Below the pieces are notes generated by a model. The model saw only the letters and a program-made list of their open reading frames with translations. It had not been told where the DNA came from and searched no databases. 64,000 bases of DNA from the human T2T-CHM13v2.0 reference genome, Homo sapiens. The stretch lies in assembly GCF_009914755.1 (NCBI RefSeq), contig NC_060928.1; one strand, given 5' to 3'. A program made the translations under genes and the position numbers. Positions 43,901 to 62,794 of this stretch are shown here, piece after piece. How positions within the stretch are numbered: position 1 is the first letter of the stretch; every line of letters starts with the position of its first letter.

Positions 43901-44170
43901 ATGTAATATATATAGTTTATATATATTATATATATAAAGGATGGGAAGAATTTGTGAGTAAATTCTTATATATATAAGAAATTCTTAAAATATATATATT
44001 CTTATATATATATATATAAGCTCTCTGTCTATATATATAGCTAAGAAAGAAGGATTTTGGCCTATCGTTCTTTCCATTTTTTCTTTGTATAAGCTATATA
44101 TATGCTATATATAACATATATACTATATATGCTATATGGTATATATAAATACATATATCTAGTTTATATT
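43895..44170. repeat. Degenerate (TA)n low-complexity tract with palindromes
   Basis: Read directly from the sequence. Confidence 0.9.
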
Positions 44171-44273
44171 AAAAAATGGAAAGAACGATAAGCCAAAATG
44201 ATTCTGTATTGGAAAGTGGAAGGAACAGATGGAAAGAATATAGAGAAAGGGTATCACTATTTAACAACTCCTA

Positions 44274-44686
<413 letters not shown>

Positions 44687-44841
44687 CTAAATCTAAATAC
44701 CAATTTATAGGCAGTATGGGGGAGAGGAACATGTTAAAAGAAGACAAACACATGTGGTTGCAATAAGCGAAGTCCAGAGTGAAAAATTCTACAGATCAAA
44801 TTAGTCACTTTATTGAAACCATAAATTGCAAAGAAAAGTAG

Positions 44842-45158
<317 letters not shown>

Positions 45159-45597
45159 TAAAGTATTGAGATTACAGGCGTGAGCCACAATGCCCGGCCA
45201 CCTATTTGTGGACTTTAATTGGATTCTGACTTAAGAAACAAACTGAAGGGAGAGGGAAATCCTTTATGAAGCAGTTGAGGAAAATTTGATCATTGACTAG
45301 ATAATTAACAATAGTAAACAATTATTATTATTTTACAGACATATATCCAGTATCATAGATTTGACTTTATAACCTTACTCACATGTCTCAAATTAGTGTT
45401 AGCTGTAGGTGGGCCCTCAGTCGTGGTGGTCAAAGGTAATGGATAGGAATATGAATACAAGATTTGCCACGAGTTGATAATTGGTAAATCTGGGTGTAGT
45501 GCACATGAGGATTCATTATACTATTCTCACTACTTGTGTTTGAAATTTTATACAATAAAACATTAGAATAAAAAAGTATGAAGTTTTTTTAAGATGA

Positions 45598-45951
<354 letters not shown>

Positions 45952-46013
45952 TAGTAGACTCTGTAAAATACCTAGAATTGTGGCGATTCATCCTATGATT
46001 ATGAGAAGGATAA

Positions 46014-46190
<177 letters not shown>

Positions 46191-46609
46191 TAATTTTTTT
46201 GTAGAGACCAGGCTGCCCAGGCTGGTCTCAAACTCTTGGGTTCAAGTGATCCTCCTGCCTTGGCCTCTCAAAGTGCCGGGAATACAGGTGTGAGCCACTG
46301 TGCCTTGCCCAAAACATTCTTGGTAGAGCAGGACAACAGATACAACCAAGGTCTTGATGACTGAGCCACGAAATAAGCCAACCCTGGATATCTAGTTATA
46401 TAATAACAATCTATCTAGTTATGTAATAATGATCTTTGTCATTTAATCCCTTTTGAGTATGTTTCTGTTATTTTTAGTAGAAAATGGAGGAAAATGCATT
46501 TGTATGTGTGGGCAAGGTCTCATTGCCCTCTAGCTGAAGAATGATAACAACTCCAGAATCCTATTCTTAGAGCCTGCTTCGTAGGATCACATGCAGTACC
46601 AATGATCTA

Positions 46610-46968
46610 AAGTGATATTCCTTAGAAACAGGGATTCTTTGGCCAGTCTTTTATGAGAAGAGTATTCCCCGGAGAATGGAGGGAGGAAAGCAGAAAAGGG
46701 CAGGGGGAAGAGCTAAGCAGGGAAGTCATCTCGGCTGGAGACCAGCTTCAATCTGCTCCTTGGGGTGGGCTGGAGCATGAACTATTCAATTGTACTGCAG
46801 AGTTGGTGCCATCTTTTGTAATACTATGGCAGTCAGTCATTGGTTGTGAACTGCCTATGGTGAGGGTGGGGTGTGGGGTGTAACACTCATAGCAGCTGGG
46901 GATAAATGTACCCAGTTAAGGGGTCCAATTAAGGGGATCTAGGCAGAGCATCGGCAGTGTCCACTACA
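46610..46968 (-). mobile_element. Old ERVL-class LTR (LTR16-like)
   Basis: gcagaaaagggcagggggaagagctaagcaggga motif and terminal ...gtccactaca; family uncertain. Confidence 0.4.
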
Positions 46969-46979
46969 ATTTCCCAACT

Positions 46980-47495
46980 TACTCCATAGCCAAAACCTTA
47001 CATGACCCTGCATGATCTAGCCCACCCTGCCTACCCACTCCCTTTCTCTCTGAGACCATCTCTGGCTACTCTCCCTCTTTTTCACTCCACTTTAGCCACA
47101 CTGGCCACCTCGCAATTCCTCAAATTCCCAGCAGGATCCTGTTTTAGATCCTTTGCCCTTTTCTGTTCCCTTACCTGGCTGATTCCCCTAACTCCTACCA
47201 TTAGATGGTCCCTTATATATCTTTCAGGTTTCTACGCAAAAGACACCTTCCTAGTAAGGCCTCTTTTGGCCATCCTATCTAAAATTACAACTTCCACCTC
47301 AGACTAACACTTACAATCCTTTTATTTTCATTACTTTTATCCTTAGCACTTATCAGTACCTAACACACTATATCATTTTCTCATTTGTCTTCTTACCTGG
47401 TTCCACTCTAGAATATAAACCGGGAGCACTTAAAACAATACCTATTATGTTGTAAGTGCTCAGCTAATATTTGTTGAACACGTGAATGAATGAAA
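46980..47495 (+). mobile_element. L2 3' region
   Basis: ccctgcatgatctagccc, ctccactttagccacactggcc, and terminal gtgctcagctaatatttgttgaacacgtgaatgaatgaa. Confidence 0.7.
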
Positions 47496-47768
47496 GATTC
47501 CTGGCACAAAGTGCTAATCTTCAATAAATATTGTTTGAACTGAACTGAAACAGAAAATATCTACATAGTCCCCTGTGTAAGTACTATAGATGGGAGAGGG
47601 CATACATATTGTTACATGCAGGGTTCTCCATAGATTATATGCTCTTTCTTCAATAATATTACGAAAGCCTACATTTCTCATGTGATGTTATGTACCTGTA
47701 TGTTAATATGTATTATTTGTACATGCAAATATTAGTGAAAAAAGTAGAAGCACCAAAGCTTTTCTAAT

Positions 47769-47774
47769 TTTATT
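47769..47774 (-). terminator. MGARP: Polyadenylation signal AATAAA of MGARP (3' UTR about 440 nt)
   Basis: tttatt on + strand; followed on the - strand by the GU/U-rich TTTGGTGCTTCTACTTTTTT. Confidence 0.75.
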
Positions 47775-48190
47775 TGACTCAAACTATATTTTAGACCTAC
47801 ATATCATACAATAAAGTAAGCTGAAAGCATAGTGAAATTAAAGTAAATACAGGTTGTATGGATAGCTCAATTTCTTTAATATAAAATGTAAATTCAGAGA
47901 TGACTGGGATAAAAGAAAAGTGTCTAGAAAAAAAAACCAAAGATGAAACTATTTAAGCTCTTTACTGCAATGTCATATTCTGATCTCAGACAGTAGAAGA
48001 GTAGTAAGAAATGTACAATCTCAAGTCTCTCAGTCCTAAAATCTATCAGTGGATGCCAAAAATCTTCAAGACCCATTAACGTTTTCTAGAAAATAAGTCT
48101 TTTTTTTTTTAAACTAAGTGTACTAAAAACACAAAAGCACTTATCAGACACCCTATGGCATTTGTTGCTGAAATGTCTACCGGCTGGAGA

Positions 48191-48646
<456 letters not shown>

Positions 48647-49049
48647 TCATTAAGCAAGGTATTAATTTAAAGATCGTGGGAAGGCAATGAAACACTGCGG
48701 TCGTTTAAACACCTAAGACAGAACTACATGCACTGATGTGTAACAGTCTTCAAGGTAGACTCTCAAGTGAAACAGCAAAAAAAGAACAATGTATACAGTC
48801 TGCTACTATTGTTAGGGCAAAATGAGGTTGGAGCAGGAGGGGGGTAAGTTGTATGCCTAGATAATTGTATTTGCAAAAACTCTCCAGGAGGATTCCAAGA
48901 AACTGGTTCTATTGGTTGCCTCTTGGAGGGAAAATGGGGGATCTGCTTTTCTGTAAACTCTTTGAACTTAAAAAAAAACACACTTGAATATATTACTTAG
49001 GCAAATATGAAGAATACAAAAATAAGTAGCTATCCTATTCACCTTTCAT

Positions 49050-49250
49050 ATGAGACAGCATGGAAGAGTAGCCAAGTTCCTAGCTGGTGACTCAGAAATC
49101 ACTAATCCTCTCTCAATCTCATTTTTGTCATCTGTAAAATAGGGTATTGATAATATCTACTGCACAGGGTTATTGTAAAGATTAATTAAAATACTGTATA
49201 TGAAAAGGGGATTAAAATAAAAAGTTCTATGCAAATGCTTATTAGTATTA
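49050..49250 (+). mobile_element. MIR in MGARP intron 3 (other MIRs at about 30500-30640, 61310-61470, 62905-63000)
   Basis: Core tcatctgtaaaatagggtattgataatatctactgcacagggttattgtaaagattaa. Confidence 0.7.
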
Positions 49251-50258
49251 TAAACAACCGCATGATTATATTCAATAATATGTATTGATGATATTCTGTT
49301 TCTTATTATTGTCATGACAGGTTAAAACTGATTCATAAGCCCCTAATATCTCTATCCCTAAATAGTGATCATAGTAATTGATAATAATAGCTTGGAAAAA
49401 AGTATGGTTTAAAGCAAGAAGTGGCTAGGCATAGTGGCATATGCCTGTAATCCCAGCACTTTGGGAGGCTGAGGCAGGAGGGATCACATGAGGCCAGGAG
49501 ATCAAGACCAGCCTGGGCAACATAGTGAGACCCTGTCTCTGCAAAACATAAAAAATAAATTTGCTGGGTGTAGCGGTGCATGCTTGTAGTCCTAGTTGCT
49601 TGAGAGGCTGTGATGGGAAGATTGCTGGAGCCCAGGAGTTCAAGGCTGCAGTAGGCTATGATTGCACCACTGCACTCCAGCCTGGTTGACAGAGGGAGAG
49701 CCCGTGGAGGGAAGGGGGAAAGGAAGGGGGAAGGAAGGGAGGGTGGGAAAAAGAAGTGTAGGAAGGAAGGAAAGAGTGAAAATATAAAGTTTCTGTTCCC
49801 ATGGTCACCATTTTATCAACTGAAGGACTCATTATACACAACTGATTCTATTATGTCAAATGTACCTTGTTTGCACAAAGGCACACAGGTGGTCTTAGCC
49901 AAAACTGAAAGATAATTTGTTATATTATTATTTTTAGATAATGAGAAAAATGAAAGCTCATGCCTGCATGGGTGGATGCCTGAGCAGGGGAAAATAATAT
50001 TACCACACAAAGGAGTCAAAAGTCACTGGTCAGCAATATAAATGTAAAACATTCATTTGTCAAATGCATTCATCCAAAAGGTGTAACAGTGTTCTTCAGG
50101 TTTCAGTTGAACTTTTCCTTTCTAAATGAACTTATACCTAGAGTCATTCTGGATTAAGCTAGGAAAGAAGCCAAAAGCAAATAGTGTTCATTGCTAGACT
50201 AAGTGGATGGAAATTAGTGCCTCAAAAAATAAATAAAAATAAAAAATTAAGAAATTCA

Positions 50259-50375
<117 letters not shown>

Positions 50376-50574
50376 TTAGGTTTATTTCTTGAGCTTTAAG
50401 ATTTGTCACGCCACATCCAAAGGTACACTCAAGTCTCCCTGTAATCACCATTAGAAGTTTAAACCATAATCCCAGTGTAGCAAAGAAGAGAAATCAGTGC
50501 ACACCACTTACTCTTTTACTTCCCTTTTGGAAATCTTTGTTATTAAATAGAATGCTTTAAAAAGGAAGAAAGGT

Positions 50575-50730
50575 GAGACAGGGGATGAGGAGAGAAAAAC
50601 TACCTATTGGGTACCATACTTATTACCTGGGTGACAAATCAATCTATACATCAAACCCCCATGACACATAATTTACCTATTAACAAACCTGCACATGTAC
50701 ACCTTAACCTAAAATAAAACTTTTTAAAAA
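50575..50730 (+). mobile_element. L1P(A/B) 3' terminal fragment in MGARP intron 2
   Basis: aaaaactacctattgggtac...acctgggtgac...aacaaacctgcacatgtacaccttaacctaaaataaaa. Confidence 0.8.
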
Positions 50731-50923
50731 GGGAAGGAAATAGATGCACTATCTTAGCCAAAGATAACTAAAAACAAGGAAGAAAAAAATGAATTATGCT
50801 ACAACCAGAATATCCTGACAGGCATATACAAATATTCTAGCATTTATCCTTGAGAAATGGAAATCTAGGTTCACATGAAAACCTGTACACAAATGTTCAT
50901 GGTACCTTTATTTGTAATAGTCA

Positions 50924-51103
<180 letters not shown>

Positions 51104-51106
51104 CTA

Positions 51107-51385
<279 letters not shown>

Positions 51386-51729
51386 TCAGTTACTATTGTT
51401 TGTATTAATTTAGCTTTTAAGAAAATGTTGGTAGTGGTTTAACTTTTAATGGTAAGATGATAGATTTCTAAAATTTATTTATATATAGTGTCTTCTAAAT
51501 TTTTAACCATCAGAAACCAAGTACCTTATTTAAAAATTGTACTACTTAATTACAAACAATTTTACAGTGTAAAAATTATGCTGTGAAAATAGAATGTCTG
51601 TAATGTCGGGGCCGGGTGCAATGGTCCACACCTGTAATCCCAGCACTTTGGGAGGCTGAGGCCAGCGGATCACCTGAGGTCGGGAGTTTGAGACCAGCCT
51701 GACCAACATGAGAAATCTGGTCTCTACTA

Positions 51730-51977
<248 letters not shown>

Positions 51978-52011
51978 TCATGAGGTCAGGAGATGGAGAC
52001 CATCCTGGCTA

Positions 52012-52356
<345 letters not shown>

Positions 52357-52811
52357 TCAACATTTTCTGTATAAAAGCAAGGAATATTTTCCGAGTAGGG
52401 TGTGTGTTCCTGACACCTTGTAGGACCAATATGATAAGTCAGTATCCCCAGTTCTCAGTACACAAACCGAACCAGTACACAAGTTCACATCCCTGAAAGG
52501 ATCATTCCAGGAACAACATTCCAAGGGACATTAGTCTCATTGCTCAAGGGGCTAAAACACAAGGCAAGAAAAAAGACTAACTTTAGGGAGAATTGAAGAG
52601 ATACAATACTAGAATAATTCACCCTAATGTGTGGCCCAAAGAATCTAGGTTTTCCAAATCCAGCACAGTCGAGCACAGAGTAGAATAAAGGCCTATTAAA
52701 AGAGAGGGTCTCAAATTTAGACTTTGGCAGTTATTTACAAATGATATTAAGTATTTATTAAGTATAAGCATTTAAAATATACTACAATTTTTATAAGCCA
52801 GTCTGGTACTA

Positions 52812-53161
<350 letters not shown>

Positions 53162-53983
53162 CTAATAGTCGAGGATTTTGATTGCAAATGGAAAACTGCT
53201 TTTGGCTACTAAGCATCTGTGGGGTCAATTCATAAAAATCTAATATAGAGATTATTTTAGTACAGGACATGAAATGGAAGGGGAGAACAAGTATACAGGT
53301 TTTGGAGTGCCTTACATTCAGCATTTCCTCCTGAAAGTAGCCTAAGATTCCTGGCAATTAAGGCTTCCAACATTTGAGATTAAAATCACATAAACTTAGA
53401 AATGGAAGGGAACAACTTCCATCCCTACTGTGAGAGAACAAGGCCAGAAAGGGTTCTCAGGGATGGCTGGTTTATAAATGTATAACCTTTTAGTTTAAGA
53501 TTCCTTTTGCAACCAGTGAGTTAGCAGTCTGGCAAAGTTTGTTTTTGGCACTGGTACATATTAATATAATCAGGGGTATAGTGATGTCCAAATGAAATTC
53601 ATCCTTCTAGCTTCCCAGCCTATCACATGGCCTAGTCTCAATCTCTGTTTTTTTTTTTTGGTGGCCTACACCTCAACTAGAGTGGGTTTGAGCCATGAAT
53701 TCAACATTAAACAGTAGAAAGATGACAGAACAAAGGAATCTGGGCACAAGTGAAAGCTGGCAGATTAGTAGAGGACAACAATATAAGTGACAAGTTTGCA
53801 GTTTCCTGACTCCTTGAGGCTCTCAAAATTCTGAAGATTATGACTAGCCTTAAAAAAATTTCTAGGCCGGGCTTGGTGGCTTATGCCTGTAATCCCAGCA
53901 CTTTGGGAGGCCGAGGCAGGAAGATCACGAGGTCAGGAGATCAAGACCATACTGGCTAACACAGTGAAACCCCATCTCTACTA

Positions 53984-54273
<290 letters not shown>

Positions 54274-54780
54274 TCATATTTCTTTTTTTTTTTTTTTTTT
54301 TGAGACGGAGTCTCACTCTGTCACCCAGGCTGAGTGCAGTGGTGCAATCTTGGCTCACTGCAACCTCCGCCTCCCCGGTTCAAGCAATTCTCTGCCTCAG
54401 CCTCCAGAGTAGCTGGGATTACAGGTGCCCGCCACCACGCCCGGCTAATTTTTGTATTTTTAGTAGAAATGGGGTTTCACCATTTCTTGACCAGGCTGGT
54501 CTTGAACTCCTGAACTCGTGATCCACCCACCTTGGCCTCCCAAAGTACTGGGTTTACAGGTGTGAGCCACCGGCCCGGCTTTATTCATATTTCCGTAGGT
54601 CCAAACCAAAATATAGTGACTGTGTACTCTTAGAGTTTACAAAGAATTTCTGCTTATTCTACTTTTATTCTTTACATTTTTTGTAGAGATGGGGTCCCGC
54701 TATGTTGGCCAGGCAGGTCTCAAACTCCTGCAAGCAATTCTCCTGCCTTGGCCTCCAACGTGCTGGGATTATAGGCGTAA

Positions 54781-55234
<454 letters not shown>

Positions 55235-55699
55235 TGAGTAGCTATGATTACAGGCACCTGCCACCATGCCTGGCTCATTTTTGTATTTTAGCACAGATGA
55301 GGCTTCACCATGTTGGCCAGGCTGGTCTTGAACTCCTGACCTCAGGTGATCTGCCCACCTTGACCTCCCAAAGTGCTGAGATTACAGGCGTGAGCCACCA
55401 TGACTGGCCTACTTTTATTCTTAATAAAGATTATATTTTGATTTAGAAAGTTTATGACAAAATGGTGAATGACTCAAGTCTTAACTTACTTAACTAAAAA
55501 ATGTCTGTCATTTTAGTCCCAAAATCTCACTATTAAAACCTTTGTCTTACAGGGTTTACCTGGAGGGAATGGACATGGGGACTGGGAAGGAAAATATGCT
55601 TTTCACTTTATATATGTCTATGTTGCATTTTTTAGAAACTTATGAACAAATATGAATTTTTCAAATAATAAAACTGTGTGAAAATTTAAAACTAACAAA

Positions 55700-56050
55700 A
55701 ATTATGGAGACAGTAAAAAGATTGGGAGGAGAGAGGGAGAAATGAGTAGGTGGAGTAGAGGGATTTTTAGGGTGATGAAACGACTCTGTATGATACTATA
55801 ATTTATTCTGGATGATATTGTAATATATTTGTAAAAACAGAACATACAACGCAAAGAGTGGATCCTAATGTAAACCCTGGACTTTAGTTAATAATAATAT
55901 ATCAATATTGGCTTGTCAGTTTTAACAAATGTTCCACATCAGTGCAAGATTTTAATAGGGGAAAGGAGGAGGGGGTGTGAGGGGTTATATGGAAGTTTCT
56001 GTACTTTCTGCTCATTATTTTGTAAACCTAAAACTGCTCTAAAAAAAGAT
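55700..56050 (+). mobile_element. L1M 3' end fragment in MGARP intron 2
   Basis: gagggatttttagggtgatgaaacgactctgtatgatac...aatgtaaaccctggacttt...ttttgtaaacctaaaactgctct. Confidence 0.75.
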
Positions 56051-56788
56051 CTATTAATTTTTTTAATAGTTATATTAATTTTTTTAAATTTTTTTTGGAA
56101 ACAGAGTCTCACTCTGTTGCCCACACTGGAGTGCCATGATGTGATCTTGGCTCACTGCAACCTCAGCCTCCTAGGTTCAAGAGATTCTCTTGCTTCAGCC
56201 TCCCAAGTAGCTGGGATTACAGGCACACACCACCATGCTGGCTAATTTCTGCATTTTTAGTAGAGATGGGGTTTCCTCATGTTGGCCAGGCAGGCCTCGA
56301 ACTCCTGACCTTAGGTGATCCACCTGCCTCAGCCTCCCAAAGTGCTGGGATTACAGGCGTGAGCCACTGCACCCAGCTCCTATATTAATTTTTAAGTTAA
56401 TCTTTCAAAATAATTCTTTTAAAATGTTAATAATAGTGCCTACCTTGTAGACTTGTTGTAATTATTAAATGATCCAGGAGTCTGGCATATGATAAACACT
56501 CAAGTATCAGCTATCACTATTAGCATTTATAATAAAATTATTTTTACTGAAAATCATCCATATTAATGGTATTAAGAAATGCTGACTTTACAAATACAAA
56601 AATCTTCATAATTTAGAAAGCTGAGGTTCGAATGAAATAAAACTTAAAAATAAACTAAAAAAGAAAAACCTTCATAATAGTCTAGCTAATATATTCTTAT
56701 GAAAACCCTGTATTTCTAATGATTGCCACCTATTTTTCAGATGTGTATGCTTAATGACACTTAAATCTATTGCTATGTTGTATATTTA

Positions 56789-57013
<225 letters not shown>

Positions 57014-58129
57014 TTAGCTTCACTAGTTGAGCAAAACTATTTTAAATAATTACATCTTTCAAAATTTTTCTACTCAGTGAACCTAGAATCTATTAACATC
57101 AAGTGATTTTAGCTTAAGGGAATACAGTATTACGAGGCTGGGTAATAATTCCACTTGACAGTCTCCCAATCTAATTTGATAAACACTCATGAAACCTGTC
57201 ATCTTGATGCTGAGCATCATGCCTTCTTGGAAGGGGTGCAGGTGTGGGTAAGGAGAAATGACAAAAGCACTAAAAAATTTTAACAGCCAAATGAAGTGCA
57301 CATTAGCAAGAGAAAGCCATGTACTATATGTACTCCACTACAGGATTCAGTGAAAATATTATTTTTTAAAAAATGAATTCAGTATGTTTATACCTAAAAT
57401 GTAATACAATTTGTATTTATATGTTAAATCAAGCATTTATGTTGAAATCCATCATATTTCTATAAATCTATAATACACATGTAGGTATAGAAAGAAATCT
57501 CAATTTTTCTCTTATAAAGCAAATATGGGCAGATAAAACGTTTTTAAGCCAAATGTTGCAGAAAGGTTGTATCTGAAATAGAAGTACAATTCTGTATAAA
57601 CTAATAGAAACAGATAAAGGTACTATATTATTATATTTAAACATTTATTTTGTAGTACTAACATTTGCATATCCTATAATGCCCTGGAATTGAAATTTTT
57701 ACAATAAACTTAAAGTCGGAAGGAGCTTAAAGTATATACAACTCAAATTCTTTATTTTAAAAATAAAGACATAAACACATTTATGTATTCTTTCAACTAA
57801 CACAGCTGAGCATCTACTACGTATTTGGAATTGTTAGAAGCATTAAGAATATAACCGTGAACAAGACAGATAAGGTCCCTAGTCTCAAGCCATTCACAGT
57901 CTAGAAGGAGGGTATGAACATACAAATAATTGTGATACAGTATGACAAATGTAATAAGTGTTAAGCCAAGCTACAGGCAGAGTAAAACTCAACTAGCTGG
58001 CCAAGGTAGTTGTCATAATAGAAGAGACCTGAGTTTTGAAGGAAAATAAGGGAAAGAGGAATGGCACTGGAGGCAGAAGGTGTAACGTATAAAAGCATGA
58101 GAGATTCGTGACCCAGAAGGTACAAAGTA

Positions 58130-58770
<641 letters not shown>

Positions 58771-59662
58771 CAATTTGATGTGGCCTAACATAAAGTATAG
58801 GGGTGCAGGGACTAGTGGAAAGCTATGATTTGCACAGGGCGAATCTTAAGGCATGCTTACAAACCTTCATAGTAGCAAAATCACAACGATTTCCTGTTTA
58901 TGTTCTTAGTTTGGATATAAATGGCCGTTTCTTGGAAAAAAATTTTTTTCCTTCTAATGTGCCCCAAAGGCTATGAGAAGAGGTTATCGCTTTGACTTGT
59001 GGTGGGACTTCTGATGGCTTAAAAGTACATCTGTGATCAAATAGGGAATATATAGCCTTCATATTTCTCAAACAGACAAAAATATCAGAAATATTTTTTA
59101 AATAGAACTAAAATTACCAGAGATTTAAGTAGACTTAAATACAAATACAATGATGGACAAGTTACTTAAAAAGACAATGAAATGAGAAATTTTTCAATAA
59201 GGATTAATTAGACAAATTTTAGCACATTCATACAATGTGAAACAAATAGACATAACTTTTGCAGAACAATATTTACTTACATGAGAAAATATTTACAATG
59301 TATTAGGTGAAAAGTCATAGCAAAATACTCTGGGACTATCCAAGATTTGTGGAAATAATGTGCACAAGGAAGGAATGAGGGGAAAAAAAAGGTCTGGAAA
59401 ACTAAATATACTAAAACGTAATTAGTTGTGTTCACTGAGTGGTAGGATTACAGGTGAATTCCATTTTTTATTTTACCTGTTTTTCCCCAATTATCTATTA
59501 TAAATCTAAATTATTTATTCATTAAAAAGTTACCCTTTTAAGGCTGGGCTCGGTGGCTCACACCTGTAATCCCAGCACTTTGGGAGGCCGAGGTAGGTGG
59601 ATCACCTTAGGTTGGGAGTTCAAGACCAGCCTGACCAACATGGAGAAACCCCATCTCTACTA

Positions 59663-59821
<159 letters not shown>

Positions 59822-60173
59822 TCAAAAAAATAAAATTACCCTTTTAAAAGCAAAAAGGAGAGAACAAAATGTGATGAGACACAGTTAAAAATTTTTCCTT
59901 CAATAAAACTGAAAAAAATTATTTTTCATCAAAGTAGAAAGTATGAACAAAAGGTTAAGTAATGTCCACGACTGAAGACAAATTTGTTTCCAATCAATAA
60001 TAGTTCTTAAATACATTTTAAGTGCTGCAAAAATAGTTAGATGAAAATCAGAGAAAGACCAGTACCTTTACAAGCAGCATTGCTAGATATGTATTTAAAA
60101 TTTTTAAACTACTTCTATTTTGCCGCAAATTGGGAAGAAAATTATTTGGAATTTCTGCAGCTACAAAAAAAAG

Positions 60174-60220
60174 GTGCGCGTGTGTGTGTGTGTGTTTGTG
60201 TGTGCGTGCACGCGCGCATG
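60174..60220. repeat. (TG)n/(CG)n alternating purine-pyrimidine tract in MGARP intron 1
   Basis: gtgcgcgtgtgtgtgtgtgtgtttgtgtgtgcgtgcacgcgcgcatg. Confidence 0.95.
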
Positions 60221-60929
60221 ATGTCGGTGGGGAACGCAGACAGATAAAACGAAAGGCCACGGTCAGAGGACTAATCTTTCTCCCCGTTCTCAACAGAACA
60301 GTCCCGTTATCTTCCGAAGTTTAAAATAAATGGCTTCTCCCTACTTCATCAGTGTATATATATATTTAAAAGCTCTATATCATTTGGTATAAAGATCTAG
60401 AAAAATAAAGGCAATAAAGATCTAGGAAAACGAAGATGTCTTATTTCTGATACTTGAGGGATAACTTCCTTCCACCAGCATTTTACAAGAAAAATAAAGC
60501 GAGTTAGTTAGACCTCCGTCCTTCCCTCCCACCACCACCAACAGAGGCCTAATCAACGTGAAAAAAAAATCGGCCCATGGAATTCTCCGCGCACATCTTT
60601 CTCTCCTGCTGGAATCCACCCTCTGGGGTAAAATTATCTCGGAAGGCTCAGAAAGTGAGGCTAAGTGAAGAGAGCATTAAGAACCCTTCACGATATTGTC
60701 TAAGAGCCGTCCCCCAGTCGTGAGTGGAAGAGAGAGGGGTGACGGATGGGGACTAGGGAAAAGCGGCTGGGGCAGAACCGCCCTGGAGCGCAAGCCTGGT
60801 CCCAGAAGAAAAACAATCTTCCTTGCTCACACCTATTAAGCACCTACTATGTTCCCAGCACTATACGAAGCGCTTTCCTATATGTCCGTTTTTATTTAAT
60901 AAGCCTCCAGTTCACACTGCAACTCCCCC

Positions 60930-62030
<1,101 letters not shown>

Positions 62031-62373
62031 GGCTCATTCTGTACCACTGAATGTAACTCCTCACAGCAAGCTGGAAATGTTTTGGGAATTGGACGAGATT
62101 AAGACAAGGACACAGTTTATCACGCTGGATGTAATCTGAAACCATTTTATCTCCTGCATTCCGTTAGCTTTCCTAGGAGAGGGAAGGATAGCTGGAAGTT
62201 TCTTAAAAATGAGAAGAGCGAAGGGGTAGCCTCAGCCTTCCATTAGCGCACTGGGTGATGCTCAGAATCGTAAGAAAATCTGCAGACAATGGTTGAATTT
62301 CTAGACAGCTCACTGTTAAAACGACTTTAAAATATCAAAAACACTGTATATTCCTCTATGGGATGTGAAATTA

Positions 62374-62794
<421 letters not shown>

